Source of the DNA: an uncultured Haliscomenobacter sp.
GTDB taxonomy: Bacteria; Bacteroidota; Bacteroidia; Chitinophagales; Saprospiraceae
Direction of reading: 5' to 3'
Assembly (NCBI GenBank): GCA_964607915.1
Contig: CAZSMU010000001.1
Coordinates: 8,904 to 72,903 of the forward strand
DNA length: 64,000 nt
A program made the translations under genes and the position numbers. Numbering within the stretch: the first letter of the stretch is position 1; each line of letters starts with the position of its first letter. Under the pieces are notes generated by a model. That model searched no databases, was not told the origin of the DNA, and saw only the letters and a list, made by a program, of their open reading frames with translations. Positions 53,976-62,884 of this stretch are shown piece by piece.

Positions 53976-56189
53976 TCAAATCTGTTTCAACAGACTGAAC
54001 TTGACGATGGCGTGGTCTTCTGTCTGCCGGGCGTTCAGTTCGTTGCGGAACCCCCGGTTGTTCAGTACGATATAGAGGAAAGACAGGGGCTGATATTCCC
54101 ATGCCAGGCGTATGTTGTAGTTTTTCGCCTCGTTCTCTGAATTTTGCTGGTAGAAACCGATCAACTGCAGCCTGGGATTGAGCGCCAGGCGGCCTTCTAG
54201 GCTGTACAGGTCCACCGTTTCGTCGGTGGCGGGTACGCCGACGGCGATAAAGCGGTTGCGGTTCATGCGGGCGTTGAGCGAGAAATGCGGGGAGGGGGCA
54301 AACTGCAGGTTGAGGTCCATAGACCGGAGTTCGCCGTTGAAATAGGTGCCCCATTCCGCCATACCCATGACGCTCAGTACTTTGGAGGGGTCGGTGCTGC
54401 CAAAAAACAGATGCCGCAAGTAGCGGTACTCCCCCGCCGGTATCGAGATACCCAACGGACTGAAAGATTCTGTAAGGCCCTGAAAAATGGGGTTCATGCC
54501 ATACCCGAGAAAGCCTCCATTTTGAAGATTGAACCAAAGCGGGAAAAAGAAGGTCTGCCGCTCGATGAGTTTGCCGGTAGAGGCCTGCCAGTAGAATTCC
54601 GGCAAAAAGCCGGGCTCAAAGGCGCGGATGTATTTCCGCAAGGGAAGCAGTTTGCCGCGGTAGAACCAGTTTATGCCGGGTGTCGTGGCGATTACATCCG
54701 TACGGGAGACAAAGCCCATCTCCGGATTGAAATCTTTGGTGACGACCGACTGCGTGAGCCATATCTTGTGGGTATTGGTAGAGTGGTAGTACTGCGCGAT
54801 ACCAGCAAAGCCCGGGCGTGTGGAGTTGCCGCCGCTGGTGTGCATGGCGAAGGCGTTGAGCGACTGTTTCTCATCAATGCGCACGAACCCGTCGAGGGTA
54901 CCGACGACGTGGGCGCCTTCCGGTCCGTTTTTCACCGTCATAAGTCCACCTACGCGGTTTTGCTCCCCGAAGTTGCGGGAGTAGCGCCCGACGAAGAAGT
55001 CGGTGGCCGCCTCTCCCGGTGCGCGTTGCCGGATAGCCATGGCCCCGAAGTTCTGTTTTGCTGATCGGTGTACCAGGCGTCCGCCCGCCTGTATGGGGAT
55101 GGGCCGACCGCTGCCATCCAGGCCGATGCTGCGGCTGAAGAAAGGCTGTATGCGCATGGAACCTCCTGAAAAGTCGGGTGACTGTCCGATGTAGAACCCA
55201 AAAAGCGATGCGTTTTCGAGAAAAAATTGCCTTCGTTCCGGAAAAAACACGGAAAATCGGGTCACGTTATTGACCTGTCGGTCCACATCGGCCTGGGCGA
55301 AATCGGTATTGGCGGTGAGATCCAGGACGGTATTGGTATTCAACGCCCATTTCAGTTCGCCGCCGGCCTTTATGTCCGTCCCTTCGGAGTCTTTTTCGCC
55401 GGGTTTTCGGTAGCGGTCATAGGAAAACAGGGTGTAGGGCTGTAGGCGCACGTTGGCCCTGGGCGGCGGCGGTTGCAGGCTGCGGATTTGTCCGGCGTAT
55501 TCCATGCGGGTAGGGGTGAAGGAACGCGGAAAAGGGGAGAACGCTGAAATTTCGTTGGCTGCCCGTCGGTTGCGCGCCAGGTTGAACCCCCAGGTTTGCA
55601 AGCTGTCGCCCGACCCCGGATAGCGGAGTGTCAGCCAGGGGATGGCGATTTCGGCGGCCCAGCCTGAATCGGTGCGCGAGGTGCGCACCCGCCACAGCCC
55701 GTCCCAGTCTTCATCATAAAAAATATCGTCGAAGGCGAGGAGGTCGCGCTGTACCCCGTAGGCATTGGTCGCGAACGCCATGGCGTTGCGCCCGTCCTGG
55801 AAGCCATCAATAGAAACCAGGATGTGGTCGTGCTGACGAGGACTGAAATCGCGCTTGAAATCCGTGGCGCGCAGAGCACTTTTACCGAGGGAATCGCGGG
55901 CAAACACGCCGATGTAGAGGTATTGTTTGTTGAACAAGATGCGGAACTCGGTATCTTCCCCCGGAGGGTTGCCCTGCAGCGGCTCGATTTGGGTGAAGCC
56001 GGCAGCACTGGGCGCATCCCGCCACATGTGTTCGTCCAGTTTGCCGTCCACTTTGAGGGCTCCTTCCATGCGCAAGGCGTTCAGGCTCCGCTTTATAGGA
56101 TTGGGAGGGAAGACCTCCGCATCCTGTGCGGAGAGAGCGAAAGAGGTTAAGAGCAGGGAGCCGCAAAAAATCAAGCGCGATGCATACAT
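53976..56189 (-). CDS. CBM9-like domain + DUF5916 outer-membrane-type protein
   Basis: Signal peptide. N-terminal LKVDGKLDEHMWRDAPSAAGFTQIEPLQGNP...YLYIGVFARD (family-9 carbohydrate-binding-like). Long beta-rich C-terminal region. Family names are from memory. Confidence 0.7.
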   Translation of the reverse strand: MYASRLIFCGSLLLTSFALSAQDAEVFPPNPIKRSLNALRMEGALKVDGKLDEHMWRDAPSAAGFTQIEPLQGNPPGEDTEFRILFNKQYLYIGVFARDSLGKSALRATDFKRDFSPRQHDHILVSIDGFQDGRNAMAFATNAYGVQRDLLAFDDIFYDEDWDGLWRVRTSRTDSGWAAEIAIPWLTLRYPGSGDSLQTWGFNLARNRRAANEISAFSPFPRSFTPTRMEYAGQIRSLQPPPPRANVRLQPYTLFSYDRYRKPGEKDSEGTDIKAGGELKWALNTNTVLDLTANTDFAQADVDRQVNNVTRFSVFFPERRQFFLENASLFGFYIGQSPDFSGGSMRIQPFFSRSIGLDGSGRPIPIQAGGRLVHRSAKQNFGAMAIRQRAPGEAATDFFVGRYSRNFGEQNRVGGLMTVKNGPEGAHVVGTLDGFVRIDEKQSLNAFAMHTSGGNSTRPGFAGIAQYYHSTNTHKIWLTQSVVTKDFNPEMGFVSRTDVIATTPGINWFYRGKLLPLRKYIRAFEPGFLPEFYWQASTGKLIERQTFFFPLWFNLQNGGFLGYGMNPIFQGLTESFSPLGISIPAGEYRYLRHLFFGSTDPSKVLSVMGMAEWGTYFNGELRSMDLNLQFAPSPHFSLNARMNRNRFIAVGVPATDETVDLYSLEGRLALNPRLQLIGFYQQNSENEAKNYNIRLAWEYQPLSFLYIVLNNRGFRNELNARQTEDHAIVKFSLLKQI

Positions 56190-56409
56190 GGTTCGGTGTT
56201 TTATACGGAGGTAAACCGGGCCGGTTGGGCAAGCGGTTTCAAAAACTCAAAAATCCTCTTTTTTCCGATTTTCCCCAATGGGGATGGTTAAAATAGGTGT
56301 TATTTTGGTATTTTAGCCCAGCCAAAAATATTTTCCAAGTAATCGTATTTTCTAAAAATATTATTTTGTTTTATATTTAAAAAACACCATTAACCCTAAA
56401 TATCCTGTG

Positions 56410-59157
56410 ATGAAAAAACACTTTTTTATCCAATGGTTTCTGATGGCGGCATTTGTGGGCGGCATCCACGCCCAGTCGTTCAAGATATCGGGGCTGCGCT
56501 GTGAGCATCTGAAAAATCCGATTGGCCTCGACGTGCGCGAGCCGCGCTTCTCCTGGATGGCCGAAGCGCCGGGCCTGCGCGGCTGGCGGCAGTCTGCCTA
56601 TCAGCTCCAGGTAGCGACAGACGCCGCTTTTTCCCGGAAAAGCCTGGTTTGGGACAGTGGGAAAAGAAACTCGGATGCCTCGGTGCTGCAGGCCTATTCG
56701 GGGCCAGCCCTGCGCTCGGCCACGCGCTACTTCTGGCGGGTGAAAGCCTGGGATGCCGCCGGCGCGGAGTCCGCCTGGAGCGAAGCGGCTTTTTGGGAGA
56801 GCGCCTTGCTCAACCGCAGCGATTGGAGAGCGCGCTGGATAGAACCCGAGCAGGAGGCTACCCCGTCCCGGTACTCAGCGGCACACCACCTGCGCCGGGA
56901 GTTTGTAGCTGCGAAGAAGATTGCCTCGGCCCGGGCGTATGCGACCGCGCACGGCTTTTACGAACTCTATATCAATGGAAAAAAAGTAGGGGACCAGGTT
57001 CTCGCGCCCGGCTGGACCAGCTACCAAAAGCGGCTGCAGTACCAGACCTACGACATCAGCGGGCTGCTGCGACCGGGCGCGAATGCCGTAGGGGCCGTCG
57101 TCGGCGAAGGCTGGTTCCGCAGCGGTCTGGGCTGGGAGTTCCAATGGGGTTACTACGGCAAAAAGAAAGCCTTCCTCTGCCAAATCCAGCTTCGCTACAC
57201 CGATGGCAGCGAGCAATGGATTACCACCGATGCAGGCTGGAAGGTGAGCAACAGCGGACCGATCGGCAAAAATGAAATCTACTACGGCGAAGAATACGAT
57301 GCCCGCCGCGAGATGCCGGGTTGGAGCGAACCGGCATTCGACGACAGCAAGTGGCAAAACGCGTTAGCTGTAGATTACCCACTGGATAACTTGCTCGCTT
57401 CCAATAGTGTGCCCGTGCGCAAAATAGAGGAAATCAAACCCGTGAAAATATTTACCACCCCCGAAGGCGACCTGGTAGCGGATATGGGCCAGAATATGGT
57501 CGGCTGGGTGCGCCTGCGCGTAAAGGGCCAAAGCGGGCAAACGGTTACCCTGCGCCATGCCGAAGTGCTCGATAAAGCGGGTAATTTCTACACCCTCAAC
57601 CTGCGCGCCGCGAAGCAGGTGGCGAAATACACCCTGCGGGGCGGGGGCGAAGAAGTCTATGAACCCCGCTTCAGCTTCTACGGCTTCCGCTATGTAGCGG
57701 TGGATGGATACCCCGGCACCCTGCGCCCGGAAGATTTGACCGGTATCGTGGTCCACTCCGATATGGAACCCACCGGCAGCTTCGAGTGCTCCAACCCCCT
57801 GATCAACCAGCTCCAACACAATATCGCCTGGGGCCAGAAAGGCAATTTCGTGGACGTGCCGACCGACTGCCCCCAGCGCGATGAACGCCTCGGTTGGACG
57901 GGCGATGCCCAGGTGTTTGCCCCTACAGCGGCATTCAACGCCAACGTGGCGCCTTTCTTCACGAAATGGCTGGCAGACCTGGCGGCCGACCAGCGCAGCA
58001 ACGGAGCTATCCCCTTCGTCATCCCCGATGTGCTCAACAAGCCGGACGCCCTGGAGGTCGGCGTCTCCGCAGGCTGGGGCGATGCGGGGGTAATCATCCC
58101 CTGGGACTTGTACCGCATCTACGACGACCGCCGCTTGTTGGAACGCCAGTACCCATCGATGAAAGCCTACGTGGACTATATCCGAAGCAAGGCAGATGCC
58201 TCGCTGCTCTGGAAGGGTGGCTCCGTATTCGGCGACTGGCTCTTCTTCCACCCCAATACCCAGGGCGTGAATAGCCATACCGACGGCGACGGCTTCACCA
58301 ACCACGACTATATCTCGACTGCTTTTTTCGCCCACAGCGCCGATATCGTCTCGCAGGCAGCTGAGGTGTTGGGCAAGTCTGAAGACGCCCGTTTGTACAA
58401 AAATCTTTTTGAAAACATAAAAACGGCCTTCCAGCGGGAATTCATCGCTCCGTCGGGGCGTACGGTATCCGAATCGCAGACGAGCTATGTCCTGGCACTC
58501 CATTTCAAACTCCTGCCCGAGAACTTGCGGCCCGCCGCCGTGAAAAACCTGGTGGACGATATCCGGGCACGCCGCAACCATCTCTCTACCGGTTTTTTAG
58601 GTACGCCTTATCTTTGCCATGTCCTCTCCGACCACGGACACAGCGATGTCGCCTACGACTTGCTGTTGCAAGAGAGCTGGCCGTCCTGGCTCTACCCTGT
58701 CCGGATGGGCGCCACCACTATCTGGGAGCGCTGGGACGGGCAAAAGCCCGATTCCACCTTCCAGGACATCGGCATGAACTCCTTCAACCACTATGCGTAT
58801 GGCGCGATTGGCGACTGGATGTACCAGGTAGCTGCCGGCTTGCGCATGGGTAGTAATGGCTATAAAAATATCCTCATCCAGCCGGCTTTTGGCAAGCGCC
58901 TCGACCATGCCAGGGCCAGTTACCAGAGCAGTTATGGCGAAATTGCTTCCGGCTGGGAGCGCAAAGAGGGCCGTATCACCCTGCGCGTCAGCATACCCGC
59001 CAATACGACCGCTCTGCTGCGGCTGCCCGCAGAAGCCGATGCGTTGAAGGAGAGCGGAAATCCTCTTTCAGCAGCCCGTGGGGTACAGGTCAAAGGCCGC
59101 TCCGGCGAACGGTTGGAACTGGAACTGGGCTCCGGGACGTATGTGTTCGAGTTTTAA
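56410..59157 (+). CDS. Alpha-L-rhamnosidase (GH78)
   Basis: Signal peptide, LRCEHLKNPIGLD start, PTDCPQRDERLGWTGDAQVF and TTIWERWDG motifs characteristic of GH78. Confidence 0.9.
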   Translation: MKKHFFIQWFLMAAFVGGIHAQSFKISGLRCEHLKNPIGLDVREPRFSWMAEAPGLRGWRQSAYQLQVATDAAFSRKSLVWDSGKRNSDASVLQAYSGPALRSATRYFWRVKAWDAAGAESAWSEAAFWESALLNRSDWRARWIEPEQEATPSRYSAAHHLRREFVAAKKIASARAYATAHGFYELYINGKKVGDQVLAPGWTSYQKRLQYQTYDISGLLRPGANAVGAVVGEGWFRSGLGWEFQWGYYGKKKAFLCQIQLRYTDGSEQWITTDAGWKVSNSGPIGKNEIYYGEEYDARREMPGWSEPAFDDSKWQNALAVDYPLDNLLASNSVPVRKIEEIKPVKIFTTPEGDLVADMGQNMVGWVRLRVKGQSGQTVTLRHAEVLDKAGNFYTLNLRAAKQVAKYTLRGGGEEVYEPRFSFYGFRYVAVDGYPGTLRPEDLTGIVVHSDMEPTGSFECSNPLINQLQHNIAWGQKGNFVDVPTDCPQRDERLGWTGDAQVFAPTAAFNANVAPFFTKWLADLAADQRSNGAIPFVIPDVLNKPDALEVGVSAGWGDAGVIIPWDLYRIYDDRRLLERQYPSMKAYVDYIRSKADASLLWKGGSVFGDWLFFHPNTQGVNSHTDGDGFTNHDYISTAFFAHSADIVSQAAEVLGKSEDARLYKNLFENIKTAFQREFIAPSGRTVSESQTSYVLALHFKLLPENLRPAAVKNLVDDIRARRNHLSTGFLGTPYLCHVLSDHGHSDVAYDLLLQESWPSWLYPVRMGATTIWERWDGQKPDSTFQDIGMNSFNHYAYGAIGDWMYQVAAGLRMGSNGYKNILIQPAFGKRLDHARASYQSSYGEIASGWERKEGRITLRVSIPANTTALLRLPAEADALKESGNPLSAARGVQVKGRSGERLELELGSGTYVFEF

Positions 59158-59163
59158 AAAGGG

Positions 59164-59205
59164 GAAATAAGGAAAAACGAGGCCCACCCCGTTTTTCCTT
59201 ATTTC
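59164..59205. terminator. Bidirectional terminator hairpin between convergent genes
   Basis: Perfect 16-bp stem GAAATAAGGAAAAACG / CGTTTTTCCTTATTTC with a 10-nt loop and T-rich flanks. The right arm overlaps the TAA stop at 59199-59201. Confidence 0.65.
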
Positions 59206-60068
59206 TTTTTCTCGTCCAGGATTTTTTTGAAATAGCGCCAGCTCGTCATATTCGGAGCGATGAACACGTCCGGGGCCTTGGCGTATTCCGGATGGCGATC
59301 GAGCACGTATTTTTTGAGTTTTTCGGGCAACTTTTCAAAAGCCCCGCCCATCACTTTGTATCCCCGGCATTGATAGACCAGGTATCCGGGGCGGTCGGCC
59401 ATGCGCATCCAGGGCAGGAAGTCGCTCAGGCGGGTCCAACCCACTTCGTTATAGACCGATTTTTTCTTTGGATCATCCAGATCGGCTTTATCCATGAAAA
59501 ACTGGAACAACTCGGCTGCCTGGTACTGGTCGGAGCGGCTGTTTTCCGGATATTCCGCTTTGGGTAGCGGCGAGGGGTAGAGCAGGAAGATATCGGAAAA
59601 CATGGCTACCCTACCGTCGCCCTGCTCCATGAAGGGGATGCTCCAATCGCCTCGCGGGGATTTGAGCATGAACTTCTGGTTCACGGGGTCATTCCACACA
59701 TGGATAACTTCGACGGTATCTTTTATGAAAGGGTTGTACCATTTCTCGAGGTATTCCCCGGTTTTCAGGTCGCGGTAGAGAGCGACTTCCCGGGTGAGCA
59801 TTTCATAGCCTCCTTCTACAGGCCTCGTTTTAGCGATATTATAGGCTTCCATTTCAAATAATGGCACGCTCCGTTCACCGGGTATAAAGCTGTAAATCAA
59901 ACCTTTCCAGTAATACACCACTTCTTCATCGGAGTTTAGGGAGCCCCGCATTTTGATATAGGCGGTCATATTATCGGAGGGGTCTGCGAGGTTTAGCGGT
60001 TTTTGGGCGATGCCCGGGGCACTTGTGCAAAGTACCAGCAGCAGCGGGAGGAAATACATGTTTTTCAT
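59199..60068 (-). CDS. Hypothetical secreted protein (possibly DUF1838-like)
   Basis: Signal peptide MKNMYFLPLLLVLCTSAPGIAQ. No catalytic motif recognised. The family guess is weak. Confidence 0.6.
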   Translation of the reverse strand: MKNMYFLPLLLVLCTSAPGIAQKPLNLADPSDNMTAYIKMRGSLNSDEEVVYYWKGLIYSFIPGERSVPLFEMEAYNIAKTRPVEGGYEMLTREVALYRDLKTGEYLEKWYNPFIKDTVEVIHVWNDPVNQKFMLKSPRGDWSIPFMEQGDGRVAMFSDIFLLYPSPLPKAEYPENSRSDQYQAAELFQFFMDKADLDDPKKKSVYNEVGWTRLSDFLPWMRMADRPGYLVYQCRGYKVMGGAFEKLPEKLKKYVLDRHPEYAKAPDVFIAPNMTSWRYFKKILDEKKK

Positions 60069-60097
60069 GGCAGTATTTTTGGTGTGTGGATGAATAG

Positions 60098-60171
60098 ACT
60101 TGTTGCGAGGGGGATTATCGCGGGGTCAAAAAGGCTCTTTTTTCCCACCTCGCTGACCCCTCGCAACAAGT
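60098..60171. repeat. Short-form (74 bp) CTTGTTGCGAGGGG-type repeat, best-preserved copy
   Basis: Perfect 15/15 TIR: ACTTGTTGCGAGGGG...GGGGTCAAAAAGGCTCTTTTTTCCCACCTCGCTGA...CCCCTCGCAACAAGT. It lies 18 nt after the stop codon at 60190. Confidence 0.92.
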
Positions 60172-60189
60172 CGAATGTCTATGAAAAGT

Positions 60190-61305
60190 CTATTCATTGG
60201 GGAACTTGAACTCCAGCTTGGTCACGGGCTGGTGTTTGGTCATTTTTTTCTCTATGATTTGCCAGCGGCATCCGGTAGTATCCGAAAAGAGGAAGCATCG
60301 CTCTCCAAACTCGTTGTTTTGTATCGGGCCTACAGAGAGTCGCCTGTCTTTGATTGCCAGGGAGTACACCAGGTCGAGTTTGGGGGTATAGAACGAGTGC
60401 AAGGTAATGCCGAGTTCTCCGGGGCGTTGCTGAGCGGAGCGGTCGGGTTTTGGGCTTCGCGGCAGAAAAAATTTCAATTTGCCGCAGATATTGTTGGGGG
60501 AGACGAAGCCCCAGTAGTGATGGCTGTACCCTGGCTCCATCATGAAGACCCGTTTGGGTCCGCGCAGCCAGTCCCCGTCCAGTTCCGGTGTTTTCTCGGG
60601 TTGCAGGCCGAGTACTTCGTACAGATAGCTCAGTTCTTCTATGCTGTCGGCCTGGATAAAGAAATCGTGGTGGGTGAACTCGCTGGTTTTGAGCGGGGCT
60701 TTTTCGTTGATATAGCCATATCCCGGGATTTCGTACCCATAGCGTTGGAAGAAGACATGGTTGAAATATTCGCCGTACACGGCATTTTCCCGTACGAGTA
60801 CCGGTCGTTTGAAGAAATCGTTTTTACCGGGCTGGTTGAGGCCGAAGAGATCATCGGCGATGGGTTCGGTGGGGAGCCAGGGCTGGCCACCGTCGCGGGC
60901 TGCGGAGTAGATATCGTAAATCCGCATGATATCTTTGGTTTTCATGACGGCCATTCGGGAGCCTATGGTTTCCGGGGGGGCGTAGCCGACGCCGGGGCCG
61001 AGGGGATGGTCCCATATCCAGAGGCGCAGCAGACCGTGGCTGTCTATTTCGCCATTTTGCAGGCGATACGCCTTCAGTCGGGAGGGAACGCCATACATTT
61101 TCAAGGCTTCGGCTGCTGTAAGCTCGGTGCTGTCCACTATAGCGAAGCCGTATTCGCCGAAATACCGTTTGGCATAAGCGGCATCGGAAGCGGCAAAGAA
61201 GACCTCGTAGAGGCCGGAGATGCCTGTTTCGGGCAGCGCTACTTTCATCTGGGCGCTCAGAGAGCCTGCCAACAGGATAAAGAAGAGATACATGTTTTTT
61301 TTCAT
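60190..61305 (-). CDS. Hypothetical secreted protein with VOC/glyoxalase-like repeated beta-alpha-beta modules (tentative)
   Basis: Signal peptide MKKNMYLFFILLAGSLSAQ. Segments such as GLLRLWIWDHP and GERCFLFSDTTGCRWQIIE resemble VOC-fold strands. The plus-strand 396-aa ORF here is the antisense artefact. Confidence 0.55.
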   Translation of the reverse strand: MKKNMYLFFILLAGSLSAQMKVALPETGISGLYEVFFAASDAAYAKRYFGEYGFAIVDSTELTAAEALKMYGVPSRLKAYRLQNGEIDSHGLLRLWIWDHPLGPGVGYAPPETIGSRMAVMKTKDIMRIYDIYSAARDGGQPWLPTEPIADDLFGLNQPGKNDFFKRPVLVRENAVYGEYFNHVFFQRYGYEIPGYGYINEKAPLKTSEFTHHDFFIQADSIEELSYLYEVLGLQPEKTPELDGDWLRGPKRVFMMEPGYSHHYWGFVSPNNICGKLKFFLPRSPKPDRSAQQRPGELGITLHSFYTPKLDLVYSLAIKDRRLSVGPIQNNEFGERCFLFSDTTGCRWQIIEKKMTKHQPVTKLEFKFPNE

Positions 61306-61324
61306 GGCGTTGAAGAATCTTGGG

Positions 61325-61381
61325 CCTTGTTGCGGGGGGTATGGCGGGTCAAAAGGTTCTTTTGACGCCCTCGCGACCAGC
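61325..61381. repeat. Short-form (57 bp) diverged copy of the repeat family
   Basis: CCTTGTTGCGGGGGGTATGGCGGGTCAAAAGGTTCTTTTGACGCCCTCGCGACCAGC. It lies 14 nt after the stop codon at 61396. Confidence 0.7.
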
Positions 61382-61395
61382 TTTTGTAAACACGG

Positions 61396-62859
61396 TTATG
61401 GTCTTTTCAGGTATTGGCCTTTTGGAGATCCTATGACCTGATCGTTTTCATAAATCAGTTCACCGCGCAGAAAAGTAGCTTTGACTTTTCCGGTGAGGGT
61501 CATTCCTTCGAATGGAGTATAGCCCTGTGCAGATTCCGATTCAGAGGCGCGGACGGTGAAAGAGGCGCGGGGGTCGAGGAGTACGAGGTCGGCGTCATAA
61601 CCGATAGCGATATCCCCTTTTGTCCGTAGTCCATAGCGTTTTGCGGGGTTGTATGACAGCAGTTCGGCCATGTGGGGGTAGGACATGCCCCGTTTGCTGC
61701 CTTCCGAAAAAAGCCCTGACAAGAGGTATTCGGTGCCTCCGAAGCCGGATTTTGCGAGGAAAATATTATCGGGGTTCTTTTTGTCGAGTTTGAACTCTTC
61801 GGAGCAGCAGGCGTGGTCGCTGCACACCCAGTCGAGTTGGCGCTTGAGCAGGCAGTTCCAGAGGTATTCTACGTCTTCCCGTTCCCGGATGGGAGGGTTG
61901 ACCTTGGCGTGTCCGGCGCTGGGGGCGTCCACATCGAGCAGCAAGTGGCCAATGGTCACTTCTCTGCGGAAGTTGACATGGGGAAACACTTCTGCCATCA
62001 TGAGCGCGGCATCTACGGCTTTTTTACTGCTGAGGTGGAGCAGGTTGATGTTGGCGCACTCGGTTTCATGGGCGAGGTAAGAGGCGATAAAGATAGCCAG
62101 TCCTTCGGAATGAGGGGGGCGACTGGCAGAATAGGCTCTCAGACCACTGAGTTTGCCTTCGCGTTCCACTATTCCGGTATAGGCCCTCATGATCTCGGCG
62201 GTCTCGCAGTGCATACTGAGGCTGATTTCGTCCCGGATCTCCGGAAACCGGTGCATGGCTTTCTGGATGCCGCGCATGATAAACTCGAAGTGCGCAATAT
62301 CGTAGCGTTCTCCGGCTGGCGTCATGAGGAAGTCGTTTTGGCTATCGGATTTACCATGGAGACCGTGGCTACCGTAGAACATGAAAATCTTGAACGAGGT
62401 GACCCCGAATTTTTCGATCAGCATTTCGATTTCGTCGATATGGCTGTACAGGATGGGGGCGAGGTGATAGCCGTAGTCTACGTGGAACTTATCTTTCGAG
62501 ATGTCCAGTACTTCGGGAAAAAATTCGGCGTAGGGGCCGGTTTTATTGAGGTAGTATTGCCCGGTGCGCATGTAGTTCAGGCTGCTGGTGACGCCCCCCA
62601 TGGCGGCAGCACGGCTTTCTGTGACGGCATCCTGGGCGAGGGGGGAATAAATCCCGGTATGCATGTGGGCATCTACGAGCCCGGGGAAGGCCAGTAGATT
62701 TTTGGCATCAAACACGGCATTTCCTTCTTCCGGGAATATTTCGGGTGCGATGCGCACAAATTTCCCATCGCGGATACCGAGATCCAGGAGTTCTACGGAC
62801 GTTTGGTTAGGCCGTACTACTCTGGCATTTTTCACAATCAGATCGAGCATGGTAGACAA
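61396..62859 (-). CDS. Cyclic amidohydrolase (D-hydantoinase / dihydropyrimidinase-like)
   Basis: LVDAHMHTG metal motif. GVTSFKIFMFY (carboxylated-Lys motif of hydantoinases). 487 aa. Confidence 0.8.
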   Translation of the reverse strand: MSTMLDLIVKNARVVRPNQTSVELLDLGIRDGKFVRIAPEIFPEEGNAVFDAKNLLAFPGLVDAHMHTGIYSPLAQDAVTESRAAAMGGVTSSLNYMRTGQYYLNKTGPYAEFFPEVLDISKDKFHVDYGYHLAPILYSHIDEIEMLIEKFGVTSFKIFMFYGSHGLHGKSDSQNDFLMTPAGERYDIAHFEFIMRGIQKAMHRFPEIRDEISLSMHCETAEIMRAYTGIVEREGKLSGLRAYSASRPPHSEGLAIFIASYLAHETECANINLLHLSSKKAVDAALMMAEVFPHVNFRREVTIGHLLLDVDAPSAGHAKVNPPIREREDVEYLWNCLLKRQLDWVCSDHACCSEEFKLDKKNPDNIFLAKSGFGGTEYLLSGLFSEGSKRGMSYPHMAELLSYNPAKRYGLRTKGDIAIGYDADLVLLDPRASFTVRASESESAQGYTPFEGMTLTGKVKATFLRGELIYENDQVIGSPKGQYLKRP

Positions 62860-62884
62860 TTTAAGAGTACAGGGTTATTTATGA

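Noticed and set aside
56190-56409. Possible decayed repeat unit and promoter boxes in the DUF5916 / GH78 divergent spacer
   Set aside because: The resemblance (GTTTCAAAAA...CCTCTTTTTTCC) is too weak to call by eye. The TATTTTG strings are only near-matches to the Bacteroidetes -7 consensus.
57364-58581. 405-aa ORF antisense to the GH78 gene
   Set aside because: Same reasoning. The plus strand has the diagnostic DCPQRDERLGWTGD motif.
60175-61365. 396-aa plus-strand ORF overlapping 60190-61305
   Set aside because: The minus-strand product has a clean signal peptide and normal composition. The plus-strand product is G/V/F/A-rich and would run through two repeat units.
2468-61381. The recurring motif as a CRISPR array or DNA uptake sequence
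   Set aside because: The copies are scattered across the window in both orientations with irregular spacing. Each is an internally palindromic unit of variable length. There is no repeat-spacer periodicity and no cas genes.
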